64,000 nucleotides of DNA from Escherichia coli (lineage in GTDB: Bacteria > Pseudomonadota > Gammaproteobacteria > Enterobacterales > Enterobacteriaceae). Within the stretch, counting starts at the first letter, position 1, and every line of letters begins with the position of its first letter. Of this stretch, positions 22,751 to 32,883 are shown in pieces. Where the stretch lies: the NCBI RefSeq assembly GCF_030013595.1, contig NZ_CP122768.1; one strand, written 5' to 3'. The notes under the pieces are model-generated. The model was not told where the DNA came from and did no database searches. It saw only the letters and a list, made by a program, of their open reading frames with translations. Both the position numbers and the translations under genes were made by a program.

Positions 22751-22969
22751 TTATTGCTGATCCCTGTGGCTGACGAGTCTTTCCCTTAATCGATTAACCA
22801 GATTGATCGCCAGCCAAACAAGGGCATTAAGCAAATTTATCGTCACAAGCACTTCTCCCAGCCCGGTACTGGGTTTTGCAATAAGAATGACCAGGAGGGT
22901 GATCAGCATAAATGCAATGGAAAAGATGATATAGAGAGTGAAATAATCCAGATTATTACTATTGTTCAT
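22751..22969 (-). CDS. ymgF: Inner membrane protein YmgF
   Basis: MNNSNNLDYFTLYIIFSIAFMLITLLVILIAKPSTGLGEVLVTINLLNALVWLAINLVNRLRERLVSHRDQQ (72 aa). Confidence 0.82.
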   Translation of the reverse strand: MNNSNNLDYFTLYIIFSIAFMLITLLVILIAKPSTGLGEVLVTINLLNALVWLAINLVNRLRERLVSHRDQQ

Positions 22970-23100
22970 GCTACTAATGGCAATCCTGTCAAAACTTTCA
23001 AACAATTATAGCAAACAAAATAATGAACAATAGTAACAAGAGGCAACGAGCTAATTAGCTGTCTATAATTACACCGCACCATGGCCTTACTGATCGATTT

Positions 23101-24624
23101 TCACTCAACCACAACCTTCACCTTCGGTTTAGAAAGGATAATTTTGACCAAGTCGATGTATGTTACCGGTTTATAGAAATAATAACCCTGCTGAAATGTG
23201 ATATTATTTTGATTCAGATAGTCAAGTTGTTCTTTCGTTTCGACACCTTCAGCGACGATACTGATCGAAAGTTTACGCGCCAGATCCAATACACAATCCA
23301 GAATCCGAGTTGATTCTGGGTCTGCGTTTACGCGGCCAACGAAACTGTGATCAATTTTGATATAATCAATATGCAGGTCATGCAGATAAGAAAGCCCTGA
23401 GTAGCCAGTACCGAAATCATCCAGCGCGATGACAAAACCATTTTCATGCAGAATGTTCAACCGCTGAACCAGACTTTCATCAACATTTAATGGCTCACGC
23501 TCGGTAACTTCCAGAACGAGGTTTAAATCGCGACGGGTAAAACTGTCACGGTAATTTAAGCACTCGTCGACAAATGTCGGCGAAATAATATGCGAGGCGC
23601 TAAAATTAATCCCAATATGAAAACCTTCCGGCAGTTTACTCGCGATAGCGTTCATCTGTCTGGCAACCTGATTCATGAGGCTTTGCGTAAGCGGAAGGAT
23701 TAATCCGGATTTTTCAGCAAGTGGAATAAATGCCGCGGGTGATATATATCCACCGTGGGGGTGTTTCCAGCGGGCTAACACCTCAACTCCCCGCAATGTC
23801 CCTTCCCGACCATTTACCACAGGTTGGTAAAAAGGGACGATCTCCCCATTATTTATAGCCCGTCGCAGGATCTCTTCAGGCGTTGCGCTTTTATTGAAAT
23901 ACCTATCAAGCAGCAAAGCAGCGGCGCAGGCGATTAACAGAATAAATATCAATATCCCAAAGCCTTTATCGATAAGTCTGTAGAAGCTAAAGAGTGGTGG
24001 CGGGTTAAAGATAATAGTGAAATTATATTTTGTGGAGTGAACCTTCTCGGTATAGGGATAACGTCCATTAAGCGTCATCACATCACCCGTAGGTCCAATA
24101 ATGTCATCCGCCACGCGTAATACATACCTTACCCCTTTCAAGGGTACATTAAGCGCCCCGCGAATATGCTGATCACTTATCGTAACCAAAATGCGCGTAT
24201 CTGCAAATTGGCTCTGATAGAGCAGGATAGGTAATCTATTAACGGTGTCGATTGCCGGAGCCAACAGTAAATTACTGTCCGGGAAAACAGGAATACGAGA
24301 CAGCAGGACCCGATTCCCCGGTAAGGATGTACACCAGACCGTTCCCTGTTTGAGAATGATGATTGTGCGCAGGTGAGGTTTCAGAGCTGCTTCAGTGCCA
24401 AGCTGATATTGCTCCTCGAGGTCGCATTCCTTCCCGGCAATGTTAACCGCTGTTTGAGTCGCCTGTGACGCTTCTTCAAGTATATGATTGATATTGTTGG
24501 CGGCATATCTCGCTCCCGCCAGGTACTCTGCTTTTGCGGAATACCAGAGCTGGATGTTCAAAATAGCGACACCGGTTATAAACAAGCATATCGCAATGAA
24601 GATGGGTATGAGTGTATTGCGCAT
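23101..24624 (-). CDS. pdeG: c-di-GMP phosphodiesterase PdeG (YcgG), CSS-EAL type
   Basis: 507-aa ORF with N-terminal TM helix and C-terminal EAL domain (...EVLARWKHP..., ...IALDDFGTGYS...). Confidence 0.85.
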   Translation of the reverse strand: MRNTLIPIFIAICLFITGVAILNIQLWYSAKAEYLAGARYAANNINHILEEASQATQTAVNIAGKECDLEEQYQLGTEAALKPHLRTIIILKQGTVWCTSLPGNRVLLSRIPVFPDSNLLLAPAIDTVNRLPILLYQSQFADTRILVTISDQHIRGALNVPLKGVRYVLRVADDIIGPTGDVMTLNGRYPYTEKVHSTKYNFTIIFNPPPLFSFYRLIDKGFGILIFILLIACAAALLLDRYFNKSATPEEILRRAINNGEIVPFYQPVVNGREGTLRGVEVLARWKHPHGGYISPAAFIPLAEKSGLILPLTQSLMNQVARQMNAIASKLPEGFHIGINFSASHIISPTFVDECLNYRDSFTRRDLNLVLEVTEREPLNVDESLVQRLNILHENGFVIALDDFGTGYSGLSYLHDLHIDYIKIDHSFVGRVNADPESTRILDCVLDLARKLSISIVAEGVETKEQLDYLNQNNITFQQGYYFYKPVTYIDLVKIILSKPKVKVVVE

Positions 24625-24959
24625 TCACTTGTCCCGGCCAAAGGGTTTAATACATAAAAATGACATTCATTCGCTCGCGCTGGCGTCTACAGAGAGCATG
24701 GTAGAGAGCATCACAAATATCCACGCCCAAGGTAAAATTTTCTCCATCTTCATCTAACCTATTAATTATTGAGCATAATGTAGGCAGAATTAAACAAATT
24801 AGGCGGGATATCAGGCGTCAAGAATGGAAAACGAGTGCTCGCCATTCTTGTTTTCTCCCTGATATTGTGGATATATTAAGAAAGCATAACGCCTGAAATG
24901 CTCACTTTGCACCAACATGGCGATACATCAGATCTTTATTCTGAAAACTTACACAAGTT

Positions 24960-25208
24960 CTAAGAGAGCATGGATTCCCTGTCATTAATAATGATATCCG
25001 TTAGTGTAGTCTTATGCATTTCAATGTACTGCAAGATTTGCAGATAGAGATCAGAAAGAATCACACTAGTTTCATCTTTTAAACGCAAGCGTAAAGCCTG
25101 ATCAATAATATGACTATCAACATATCCATGCGTCATGAACACCTCCCTCTCGAGATTTTTAAACAAAGCACATTGAAAAATAAATCTCTCTGGGATTGAA
25201 TTATTCAT
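24960..25208 (-). CDS. ymgC: Protein YmgC
   Basis: MNNSIPERFIFQCALFKNLEREVFMTHGYVDSHIIDQALRLRLKDETSVILSDLYLQILQYIEMHK..., 82 aa. Confidence 0.8.
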   Translation of the reverse strand: MNNSIPERFIFQCALFKNLEREVFMTHGYVDSHIIDQALRLRLKDETSVILSDLYLQILQYIEMHKTTLTDIIINDRESMLS

Positions 25209-25320
25209 GTCAGCCTCGTAGGAATAGTGACCCAATAAAATTATGCTGTGTATAGTCTAAAGCGACAGACAAAAATAAGATGACTGAGTTTTCTATAAAC
25301 TTATACTTAATAATTAAAAG

Positions 25321-25587
25321 TTACATATCATCAGCTGTGTATCGCAACACGATTTCCAGTGTTTTTCTAATCACATCAGCTTTGAGAATATCACTTGTTG
25401 TTTCCAGAGAGTGTATCAGACTTAAGATAATATTTTTATTATTAACATTATCGCCTGAAAGCATTAAATTGGTCACAGCCTGCCCTAACACAGCTGACTC
25501 TTCTTCTAACAAATTACCTGAACTACGAAAGTAGCTTGATAACGCTTTATCAGTTATTGCATTATGAATTGTAGTATCTTCAAGCAT
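25321..25587 (-). CDS. ariR: Regulator of acid resistance/biofilm AriR (YmgB)
   Basis: 88-aa [65 protein letters not shown]... Confidence 0.85.
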   Translation of the reverse strand: MLEDTTIHNAITDKALSSYFRSSGNLLEEESAVLGQAVTNLMLSGDNVNNKNIILSLIHSLETTSDILKADVIRKTLEIVLRYTADDM

Positions 25588-25615
25588 GGTAACCTCTCAT
25601 CTTACTTATGAAATT

Positions 25616-25888
25616 TTAATGTATTCTGTTTATTTTCTTACCATTGAACATACTTTTATTGTCAGCTATCGCTGTTCTTCTGTTTGGCTCTCCTGTATCA
25701 CTGTTGCTAAAATCACGAATTATGCTGTCAATTAAATCTCGTCGGAAAGCAGTTTCCTCAGCCGATTTCATTACGAGTAATTGCTTAATAAGAGTCTGTA
25801 ACGAAAAATTTATCTTCATGCGCAGTATATGGAGCACCGCCTGGCCAGTAATTTCATATTTTATACTTTCATTATCAGATGTCTTCAT
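25616..25888 (-). CDS. ymgA: Connector protein YmgA
   Basis: 90-aa ORF MKTSDNESIKYEITGQAVLHILRMKINFSLQTLIKQLLVMKSAEETAFRRDL... Confidence 0.82.
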   Translation of the reverse strand: MKTSDNESIKYEITGQAVLHILRMKINFSLQTLIKQLLVMKSAEETAFRRDLIDSIIRDFSNSDTGEPNRRTAIADNKSMFNGKKINRIH

Positions 25889-25930
25889 AACGACTTCATA
25901 GATAACCTGTTAAATAATCAGGCTGTTGCA

Positions 25931-26167
25931 TTATTCAAAAAGCAACCCAATTAGTGCATTATAATGTTTCTGTTCCTCTTCCCCTGTCGCTTGTTCCAGT
26001 CGGCAAAGAAGTTTGGCACAAAGCGACTTTCGACTCAGATTACGTCCATCTTTCAAAATCTCAGTCACAATTTCCCCGAGAGTTTCCTGCTGAGTAGGCA
26101 AGTTAGCTTTTGCAAAGTAACGAGTGATTGCTCCCGCAGAATCTAAAGTCACTGAATTTTGATGCAT
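25931..26167 (-). CDS. ycgZ: Connector protein YcgZ
   Basis: 78-aa ORF MHQNSVTLDSAGAITRYFAKANLPTQQETLGEIVTEILKDGRNLSRKSLCAKLL...; first gene of ycgZ-ymgA-ariR-ymgC operon divergent from bluF. Confidence 0.82.
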   Translation of the reverse strand: MHQNSVTLDSAGAITRYFAKANLPTQQETLGEIVTEILKDGRNLSRKSLCAKLLCRLEQATGEEEQKHYNALIGLLFE

Positions 26168-26480
26168 GCTACGCCTCTGTTAAAAATGTTAATCAATGTT
26201 AAGTGAGGTAACAATAGCAAACTTGTACGAAATATGTGTACAGAATGATAAGTTAATTTTTTGCATTTAGTGCTAATACATATATAACAACAGGTTATGA
26301 TAAAAAATATTGCATCATTTAAATGACAACCTATACAAGAATTTTCGCCAACTCATCTTCAACTTTTTCCATTTTTTATCAATGTAAAGAAACAGTTATG
26401 TTTTGGTATTAAAAGAAAGACACCGGAAGATATGTCTGTTACCGTCTTACTCTCGCCTCTCCCATAACCCTGGACAGTTA

Positions 26481-27692
26481 ATGCTTACCACCCTTATTTA
26501 TCGTAGCCATATACGTGACGACGAACCTGTCAAAAAAATCGAAGAAATGGTTTCGATAGCAAATCGCAGGAACATGCAGTCTGACGTAACAGGGATCTTA
26601 CTGTTTAATGGTTCTCATTTTTTCCAGCTTCTGGAAGGTCCGGAAGAACAGGTTAAAATGATATATCGGGCTATATGCCAGGATCCACGGCACTATAATA
26701 TTGTTGAGCTGCTGTGCGATTACGCGCCTGCTCGCCGTTTTGGCAAAGCGGGAATGGAATTATTTGATTTGCGCCTGCACGAGCGAGATGACGTTTTACA
26801 GGCCGTATTCGACAAAGGCACATCAAAATTTCAGCTAACTTATGATGACAGAGCGCTACAATTTTTTCGTACTTTTGTCCTTGCAACCGAACAAGCAACC
26901 TATTTCGAGATCCCTGCCGAAGACTCCTGGCTTTTTATCGCTGACGGATCTGATAAAGAACTTGATTCCTGTACCCTTTCACCAACTATAAACGACCACT
27001 TTGCCTTTCATCCTATTGTCGATCCCTTATCGCGGCGGATAATCGCTTTTGAAGCCATTGTGCAAAAAAATGAAGACAGCCCGTCAGCTATAGCGGTTGG
27101 GCAGCGTAAAGAAGGGGAAATCTATACAGCGGATCTCAAAAGTAAGGCGCTTGCATTCGCGATGGCACACGCACTTGACCTCGGTGATAAAATGATTTCA
27201 ATCAATCTATTACCTATGACCCTGGTTAACGAACCTGACGCAGTCTCTTTTTTACTTGATGAAATAAAGGCCAATGCTCTGGTGCCTGAACAAATCATCG
27301 TTGAATTTACTGAAAGTGAAGTCATATCTCGGTTTGATGAGTTTGCAGAAGCGATTAAATCGCTTAAGGCTGCCGGTATCAGTGTAGCAATTGATCATTT
27401 TGGCGCAGGTTTTGCCGGTTTGTTACTCCTGTCACGCTTCCAGCCTGACAGAATTAAAATCAGTCAGGAATTGATTACCAATGTTCATAAAAGCGGGCCA
27501 CGGCAGGCAATTATTCAAGCGATCATAAAATGCTGTACATCACTTGAAATTCAAGTCAGTGCTATGGGCGTGGCAACACCAGAAGAGTGGATGTGGCTTG
27601 AATCCGCAGGAATTGAGATGTTTCAGGGAGATCTGTTTGCTAAAGCTAAATTGAATGGTATCCCTTCAGTTGCGTGGCCAGAGAAAAAATAA
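26481..27692 (+). CDS. bluF: Blue-light sensor BluF (YcgF), BLUF + degenerate EAL domain
   Basis: ORF trimmed to ATG 26481: MLTTLIYRSHIRDDEPVKKIEEMVSIANRRNMQSDVTGILLFNGSHFFQLLEGPEEQV..., 403 aa. Confidence 0.88.
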   Translation: MLTTLIYRSHIRDDEPVKKIEEMVSIANRRNMQSDVTGILLFNGSHFFQLLEGPEEQVKMIYRAICQDPRHYNIVELLCDYAPARRFGKAGMELFDLRLHERDDVLQAVFDKGTSKFQLTYDDRALQFFRTFVLATEQATYFEIPAEDSWLFIADGSDKELDSCTLSPTINDHFAFHPIVDPLSRRIIAFEAIVQKNEDSPSAIAVGQRKEGEIYTADLKSKALAFAMAHALDLGDKMISINLLPMTLVNEPDAVSFLLDEIKANALVPEQIIVEFTESEVISRFDEFAEAIKSLKAAGISVAIDHFGAGFAGLLLLSRFQPDRIKISQELITNVHKSGPRQAIIQAIIKCCTSLEIQVSAMGVATPEEWMWLESAGIEMFQGDLFAKAKLNGIPSVAWPEKK

Positions 27693-27896
27693 TTTTCAGC
27701 ACATTATTTCACATGATTTCAGTAAATCATCGTGAAAATGAATACGTTATGTTTAAATTTAATCCACATTAAAAATAATGTTTCATTCAATTTAGCTGAA
27801 ATCTTATTTATACTTTGTACAATTTTAGCGTATATTGTACAAAGTATTATTGGGTCGTGTACAGGCGACGGAGATTTGTGACCGCAAGGAGGAATT

Positions 27897-28628
27897 GTGG
27901 CTTATTACAGCATTGGTGATGTTGCTGAACGTTGCGGGATTAATCCTGTCACTCTCCGGGCCTGGCAACGCCGCTACGGTTTGTTAAAACCACAGCGCAG
28001 TGAAGGCGGACACCGACTCTTTGATGAAGAAGACATACAACGCATCGAAGAGATCAAGCGTTGGATAAGTAATGGCGTCCCTGTAGGCAAAGTTAAAGCA
28101 TTACTGGAAACCACCAGCCAGGATACGGAAGATGACTGGAGCCGCCTGCAAGAAGAGATGATGTCAATTCTTCGTATGGCTAATCCTGCCAAACTACGCG
28201 CGAGAATTATTTCACTGGGTCGAGAGTACCCAGTAGATCAATTGATTAATCATGTTTACCTTCCTGTTCGCCAGCGTCTCGTGCTTGATCACAACACCTC
28301 CCGCATTATGAGCAGTATGTTTGACGGCGCATTAATTGAATACGCAGCAGCCTCGCTTTTCGAAATGCGCCGTAAGCCCGGTAAAGAAGCCATTCTGATG
28401 GCGTGGAATGTTGAAGAGAGAGCACGATTGTGGCTGGAAGCATGGCGTTTATCATTGTCAGGATGGCACATTTCTGTTCTTGCTGATCCCATTGAAGCGC
28501 CGCGCCCGGAACTGTTCCCAACGCAAACATTGATTGTCTGGACAGGCATGGCACCAACGAGAAGGCAAAACGAACTTTTACAACACTGGGGTGAGCAAGG
28601 TTATAAAGTCATCTTTCATGCCCCCTAA
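27897..28628 (+). CDS. bluR: MerR-family repressor BluR (YcgE)
   Basis: 243-aa [59 protein letters not shown]..., MerR HTH. Confidence 0.88.
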   Translation: MAYYSIGDVAERCGINPVTLRAWQRRYGLLKPQRSEGGHRLFDEEDIQRIEEIKRWISNGVPVGKVKALLETTSQDTEDDWSRLQEEMMSILRMANPAKLRARIISLGREYPVDQLINHVYLPVRQRLVLDHNTSRIMSSMFDGALIEYAAASLFEMRRKPGKEAILMAWNVEERARLWLEAWRLSLSGWHISVLADPIEAPRPELFPTQTLIVWTGMAPTRRQNELLQHWGEQGYKVIFHAP

Positions 28629-28848
28629 TTTCACCTTTATCCCGCCCCTTAGACAGAATCTTATAATCTGAACCCACAACAGCGTTTGTACCGGAGCTGG
28701 TCCGTTGCAAAATGCTCACCGGGAGAATTCAGGTAATCCCCCTTTCACACTTTGTACATATCACAGCCAAAGGACAGACCAGATTGAAGTGGTAAAACCG
28801 ATCGTGCACACTACGCAGTCTCACAACTAACAAGAGGTTATTATCCTG

Positions 28849-29253
28849 ATGGATCAGGTTGTTGTTTTTCAAAAGATGTTTGAGCAAGTGAGAAAAGAGC
28901 AAAACTTCTCCTGGTTTTATTCAGAATTAAAACATCACCGTATTGCACATTACATTTATTATCTGGCTACGGATAACATCAGAATTATTACTCACGATGA
29001 CACGGTTTTGTTATTAAGAGGAACCAGGAACCTGTTAAAAGTTAGTACGACCAAGAACCCTGCTAAAATAAAAGAGGCCGCATTGCTTCATATTTGCGGA
29101 AAATCAACATTTCGGGAATACTGTTCAACACTGGCAGACGCGGGCGTTTTCCGGTGGGTTACTGATGTTAATCATAACAAACGCAGTTACTACGCCATTG
29201 ATAATACGCTTTTATATATTGAAGATGTAGAAAATAATAAACCATTAATCTAG
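28849..29253 (+). CDS. ycgX: Protein YcgX (DUF1398-like)
   Basis: 134-aa ORF MDQVVVFQKMFEQVRKEQNFSWFYSELKHHRIAHYIYYLATDNIRIITHDD...; position between bluR and iraM. Confidence 0.75.
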   Translation: MDQVVVFQKMFEQVRKEQNFSWFYSELKHHRIAHYIYYLATDNIRIITHDDTVLLLRGTRNLLKVSTTKNPAKIKEAALLHICGKSTFREYCSTLADAGVFRWVTDVNHNKRSYYAIDNTLLYIEDVENNKPLI

Positions 29254-29462
29254 CTAAAGTTGGATGCTTAAAAAATGCTTCATAATTCAGTAAGGCATTA
29301 GCATAATGGAAATAAAAGTGCAGAGACTATTCATATGGATGAGTAATACTATCTTTTTATTGCCACCCATAAATAATCACCAGATCAATACTATCAACTT
29401 GATATTTGAAATGTGATCACTTGACTTTTGATACGTTATTTTATAGCGGTTAACATATTTAT

Positions 29463-29513
29463 AAAAAACAACGGGCGTGCCATACGCCCGTTTCAATACT
29501 TAACGCACATGTG
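29463..29513. repeat. Third, diverged copy of the icd 3'-end/terminator (att-associated) element
   Basis: aaaaACAACGGGCGTGccATACGCCCGTTTCAATAcTTAACgcACATGTg aligns with 31042-31090 and 58582-58630 (icd terminator hairpin plus last icd codons). Confidence 0.7.
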
Positions 29514-29958
29514 TTTTGGTTTAGTCATCATCCGGTTATATGTATTTTAGCCAGGAATGGGTTAAACCATTCCTATATAACTAAAAAATTGAAACCTTAT
29601 TCTCATGTCATGCTTATATTCGTCATTATCGTTATATAAAAAGGCCAACCATAATGTTTAGCAAATTGGCACAAAGTAGTATAAAGGCTATGTTTTAATT
29701 ACAGGATGTTCAGTCATTTGAATGTATAACATTTTAGCTAAACAAATCTAAAACGAAGTGAATAATTTAATGTTTTCACTAAATCTCATTTTGTTTAATA
29801 TCTATTGAGATTTCTTGCTTTAAATTTTGTTTTATATAAACAATGGTTTTAATTTTTAATTAATTTGTTTTTTTGAGAGGGTAATATACTCATATGCAAA
29901 ATCAAGAAATAAACATCCTAATGAACCATATTAAATACCGTGGGATAAGACATAACAA

Positions 29959-30282
29959 ATGAAGTGGATAGTAATTGACACGGTAATTCAACCTACATGC
30001 GGCATATCTTTTTCAGCCATATGGGGTGATATGAAAATGATCATCTGGTATCAATCTACTATATTTCTCCCTCCTGGAAGTATATTTACACCGGTTAAGT
30101 CTGGTATTATCCTTAAGGATAAAGAATACCCTATTACTATTTATAACATCACACCATTCAACAAGGATTTATGGAGTTTACTCAAAAGCAGTCAAGAGTG
30201 TCCTCCAGGAGAAAGCGAAATAACAAATAAATGTTTACATAATAGTTGTATTATAAAAATATGCCCATATGGACTCAAGTAA
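29959..30282 (+). CDS. iraM: Anti-adaptor protein IraM (stabilises RpoS)
   Basis: 107-aa [65 protein letters not shown]..., AT-rich context. Confidence 0.88.
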   Translation: MKWIVIDTVIQPTCGISFSAIWGDMKMIIWYQSTIFLPPGSIFTPVKSGIILKDKEYPITIYNITPFNKDLWSLLKSSQECPPGESEITNKCLHNSCIIKICPYGLK

Positions 30283-30330
30283 TGGTCTTCATATAAATAT
30301 TCTCGACATGATATTAATAATATCCACATA

Positions 30331-31046
30331 AATAAATATCCTCCGGCATAGCCGGAGGTTTTTCAAATGCGCCTGTAAGGCTCTGTTACCAGCCGCGCCC
30401 TAACAGGCGCATACGATCTGACATTTGCATTCAACTTCGTTACTTACGGCCCGTAAACGGGCTGCCCGGATATGGAATCGATAACTGCTCCCCCATTTTA
30501 TCCTCTTCAAGCTGGTGCTTTATGTAGTCCTGTATCTTCGCCGTGTTCTTACCCACCGTATCGACATAGTACCCTCGGCACCAGAACTCCCTGTTTCTGT
30601 ATTTGAATTTCAAATCCCCAAACTGCTCGTAAAGCATCAGACTGCTTTTCCCTTTCAGATATCCCATAAAGCCGGATACGCTCATTTTGGGTGGGATTTC
30701 CACAAGCATATGGATATGATCTGCGCAGCACTCTGCTTCCAGAATCCGTACGCTTTTCCACTCACACAGCTTTCTCAAAATACTGCCTATCGCCCTACGC
30801 TTCTCTCCGTAAAACGCCAGTCTTCGGTATTTCGGCGCAAAAACTATGTGATATTTACAGTTCCAGCGGGTGTGCGCTAAGCTCTTTTCGTCCCCCATTG
30901 GGACCCCCTTTTGATTTCTTGTTTGACACTTGCAGTTGCCAGACCGCAAGGTGTTTTAACAAATCAAAAGGGGTTTTAATAACTGGCTCAAAGCTGAAAG
31001 CTTTCCGGAACCCCCAGCCTAGCTGGGGGTTTTCTGTGCACAAAAA
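30331..31046 (-). mobile_element. IS200-family insertion sequence, copy B (inverted relative to copy A)
   Basis: Reverse complement of 30331-31046 matches 5664-6379 essentially base for base; encodes an identical TnpA; one end abuts the icdC terminator hairpin. Confidence 0.8.
30440..30898 (-). CDS. tnpA: IS200 Y1 transposase TnpA (second copy)
   Basis: Protein identical to the ORF at 5812..6270. Confidence 0.88.
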   Translation of the reverse strand: MGDEKSLAHTRWNCKYHIVFAPKYRRLAFYGEKRRAIGSILRKLCEWKSVRILEAECCADHIHMLVEIPPKMSVSGFMGYLKGKSSLMLYEQFGDLKFKYRNREFWCRGYYVDTVGKNTAKIQDYIKHQLEEDKMGEQLSIPYPGSPFTGRK

Positions 31047-31093
31047 CAACGGGCGTGTTATACGCCCGTTTCAATATTTAACACATGTAGAGA

Positions 31094-31257
31094 TTACATG
31101 TTCTTGATGATCGCATCACCAAACTCGCTACATTTCAGCAATTTAGCGCCTTCCATCAGACGTTCGAAGTCATAGGTTACGGTCTTGGCGTTGATTGCGC
31201 CTTCCATACCTTTAACAATCAGGTCTGCGGCTTCAGTCCAGCCCATATGGCGTAACA
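31094..31257 (-). pseudogene. icdC: icdC: displaced chromosomal 3' fragment of icd (last ~53 codons), left by prophage integration
   Basis: 31094-31254 aligns with the 3' end of intact icd (58633-58796) with scattered substitutions; similarity stops near 31255; preceded by the same terminator hairpin (31048-31070). Confidence 0.85.
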
Positions 31258-31767
31258 GTATATAAAAACATTAAGTTCAATTCATTGATATTTAATGATA
31301 AAAATTATTTTATTGTCTTTTTATTAGCCAAAATCAACTTTATTCAACCGTTTGATTTCATTGACGTTCGTTTTTATTTTGGGGAAAGGTTTTCTCTACC
31401 ATTTATATCCAAATTACAAGTCTACATTTTATTAACATCTCAATACATGTGAGGCCTTGCAGACCTTTGTGAGACCTTATGTGTCTCTGTTTTGTCCCAC
31501 CTTGTATTACGACTTGCATAGCCAATGAAGATAAATGTGACGACAAACGGCGCGGCAGTCTTCTTTTCCTTCATACTTTCCCCACCCAGCATGCATACCT
31601 TTATGCCATAACTGAAGTTTATGTCTGTTATGAGCGATGAGCGGAAGTTCACTACTTCATGACTAACATTGAAGTGTCCTAAGCAACGGGGAGCAGCTCA
31701 AGGAGTGTGTTAGTGCAATTACACTAACACAGCTACTAAAAATAAAAATACCAAAACTACAGTTATT

Positions 31768-32883
31768 CTATGCGCCTGGATTGGGTTCGATCATACTCAG
31801 CGTTTTTGCTATTTTCTTAATCTCATCATCATTATCCAAAAAAGAGGCGTCTTTTATTACCACAGTACGCTCTTCTTGTAATAGCTCACCTATTTTTTCT
31901 TCTATAAAATCTAAGGTTGGCATTATAATCTGGATGTCTCGAGAAAAAGTAGTTTTTGCATCTTCTATACTGTTGAATCCATTATGTATATGAGTGAATA
32001 TTCTCTTTTTAAACTGTATGTCTTCTGGATTTCCCACTAACTGACTGAAATCTCCTTTCATAACTCTTTCGCTTGTTTCAAAGAGCTGTATTGCTATCGA
32101 GTCGATTAATTCCTTTTTGGACAGAGATGCTTGTTCATAAAATTTGGTGACTAACTCTGTTGGTAACTTTCTTGAGACGACTTTAATGGACAGTCTCTGA
32201 AATAGGTAAGGTGCCACCACGCCCACACTGAAAGGGTGAATCCTCCCTGGATTTAATAATTTTATTGTGACGTTTTCAAAAACTAGCTCATTGATTTTAC
32301 TATTTATGAATTCCATTAAATACTTATCTAATGATAATGTTACCGACGCAACCGCTTCTATCACTTGTTTAAATGGCTCGCCTTTCAAGGATTTAAAAAA
32401 CTCTTTGTTATAACCAAAGAAATCCACAAAACCTAAATTTATTCGATTTTCTTCTTTAGTATTTGAAATGCGAATTTGAAGTTGTTTTAAGTCTTCATCG
32501 GTCAAGTATTTTAAACCATAGTCATCAAGCGCGTTACGTATAACTTTATCTGCAGATTCTAAGTCGATTACAGTTTTTACATTAAAAAACAATGATAACA
32601 ATGAATCATACTTATGAACTCGCAAGGTTAAATCTGTTGCATTTGATGCGGTTACATTTATACGTCTCAAAAGATCAATAACTTTACTAATTGGTAGGCT
32701 GTTTTCAAAAATTTTGAATGACTCGTATTCAGATACAACATCTTTTATATACTTACTGATAGTATGAGACTTTATTTCCACCTCAACTTCGGTTGAGTAA
32801 GAATGAATTAGTGAGTTTGTAGTTTCAGCGATGTCATTTGATACATACAACTTATATTCGAAACAATCAGGAGCGGGAAGCAA
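31768..32883 (-). CDS. Continuation reading frame of the Mrr-like gene (about 370 codons, unknown function); no independent start, probably joined by a frameshift
   Basis: Open for 371 codons in AT-rich DNA but first in-frame ATG is about 190 codons in; no SD before the TTG at 32883; overlaps upstream ORF by 76 nt in a different frame. Confidence 0.5.
   Translation of the reverse strand: MLPAPDCFEYKLYVSNDIAETTNSLIHSYSTEVEVEIKSHTISKYIKDVVSEYESFKIFENSLPISKVIDLLRRINVTASNATDLTLRVHKYDSLLSLFFNVKTVIDLESADKVIRNALDDYGLKYLTDEDLKQLQIRISNTKEENRINLGFVDFFGYNKEFFKSLKGEPFKQVIEAVASVTLSLDKYLMEFINSKINELVFENVTIKLLNPGRIHPFSVGVVAPYLFQRLSIKVVSRKLPTELVTKFYEQASLSKKELIDSIAIQLFETSERVMKGDFSQLVGNPEDIQFKKRIFTHIHNGFNSIEDAKTTFSRDIQIIMPTLDFIEEKIGELLQEERTVVIKDASFLDNDDEIKKIAKTLSMIEPNPGA

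Noticed and set aside
31440-31652. 70-aa minus-strand ORF (GTG start; internal MKEKKTAAPFVVTFIFIGYA...) just inside the prophage end
   Set aside because: It could be a small hydrophobic cargo peptide, but it has no clear RBS or start and sits in very AT-rich DNA where short ORFs arise by chance; left as unassigned.
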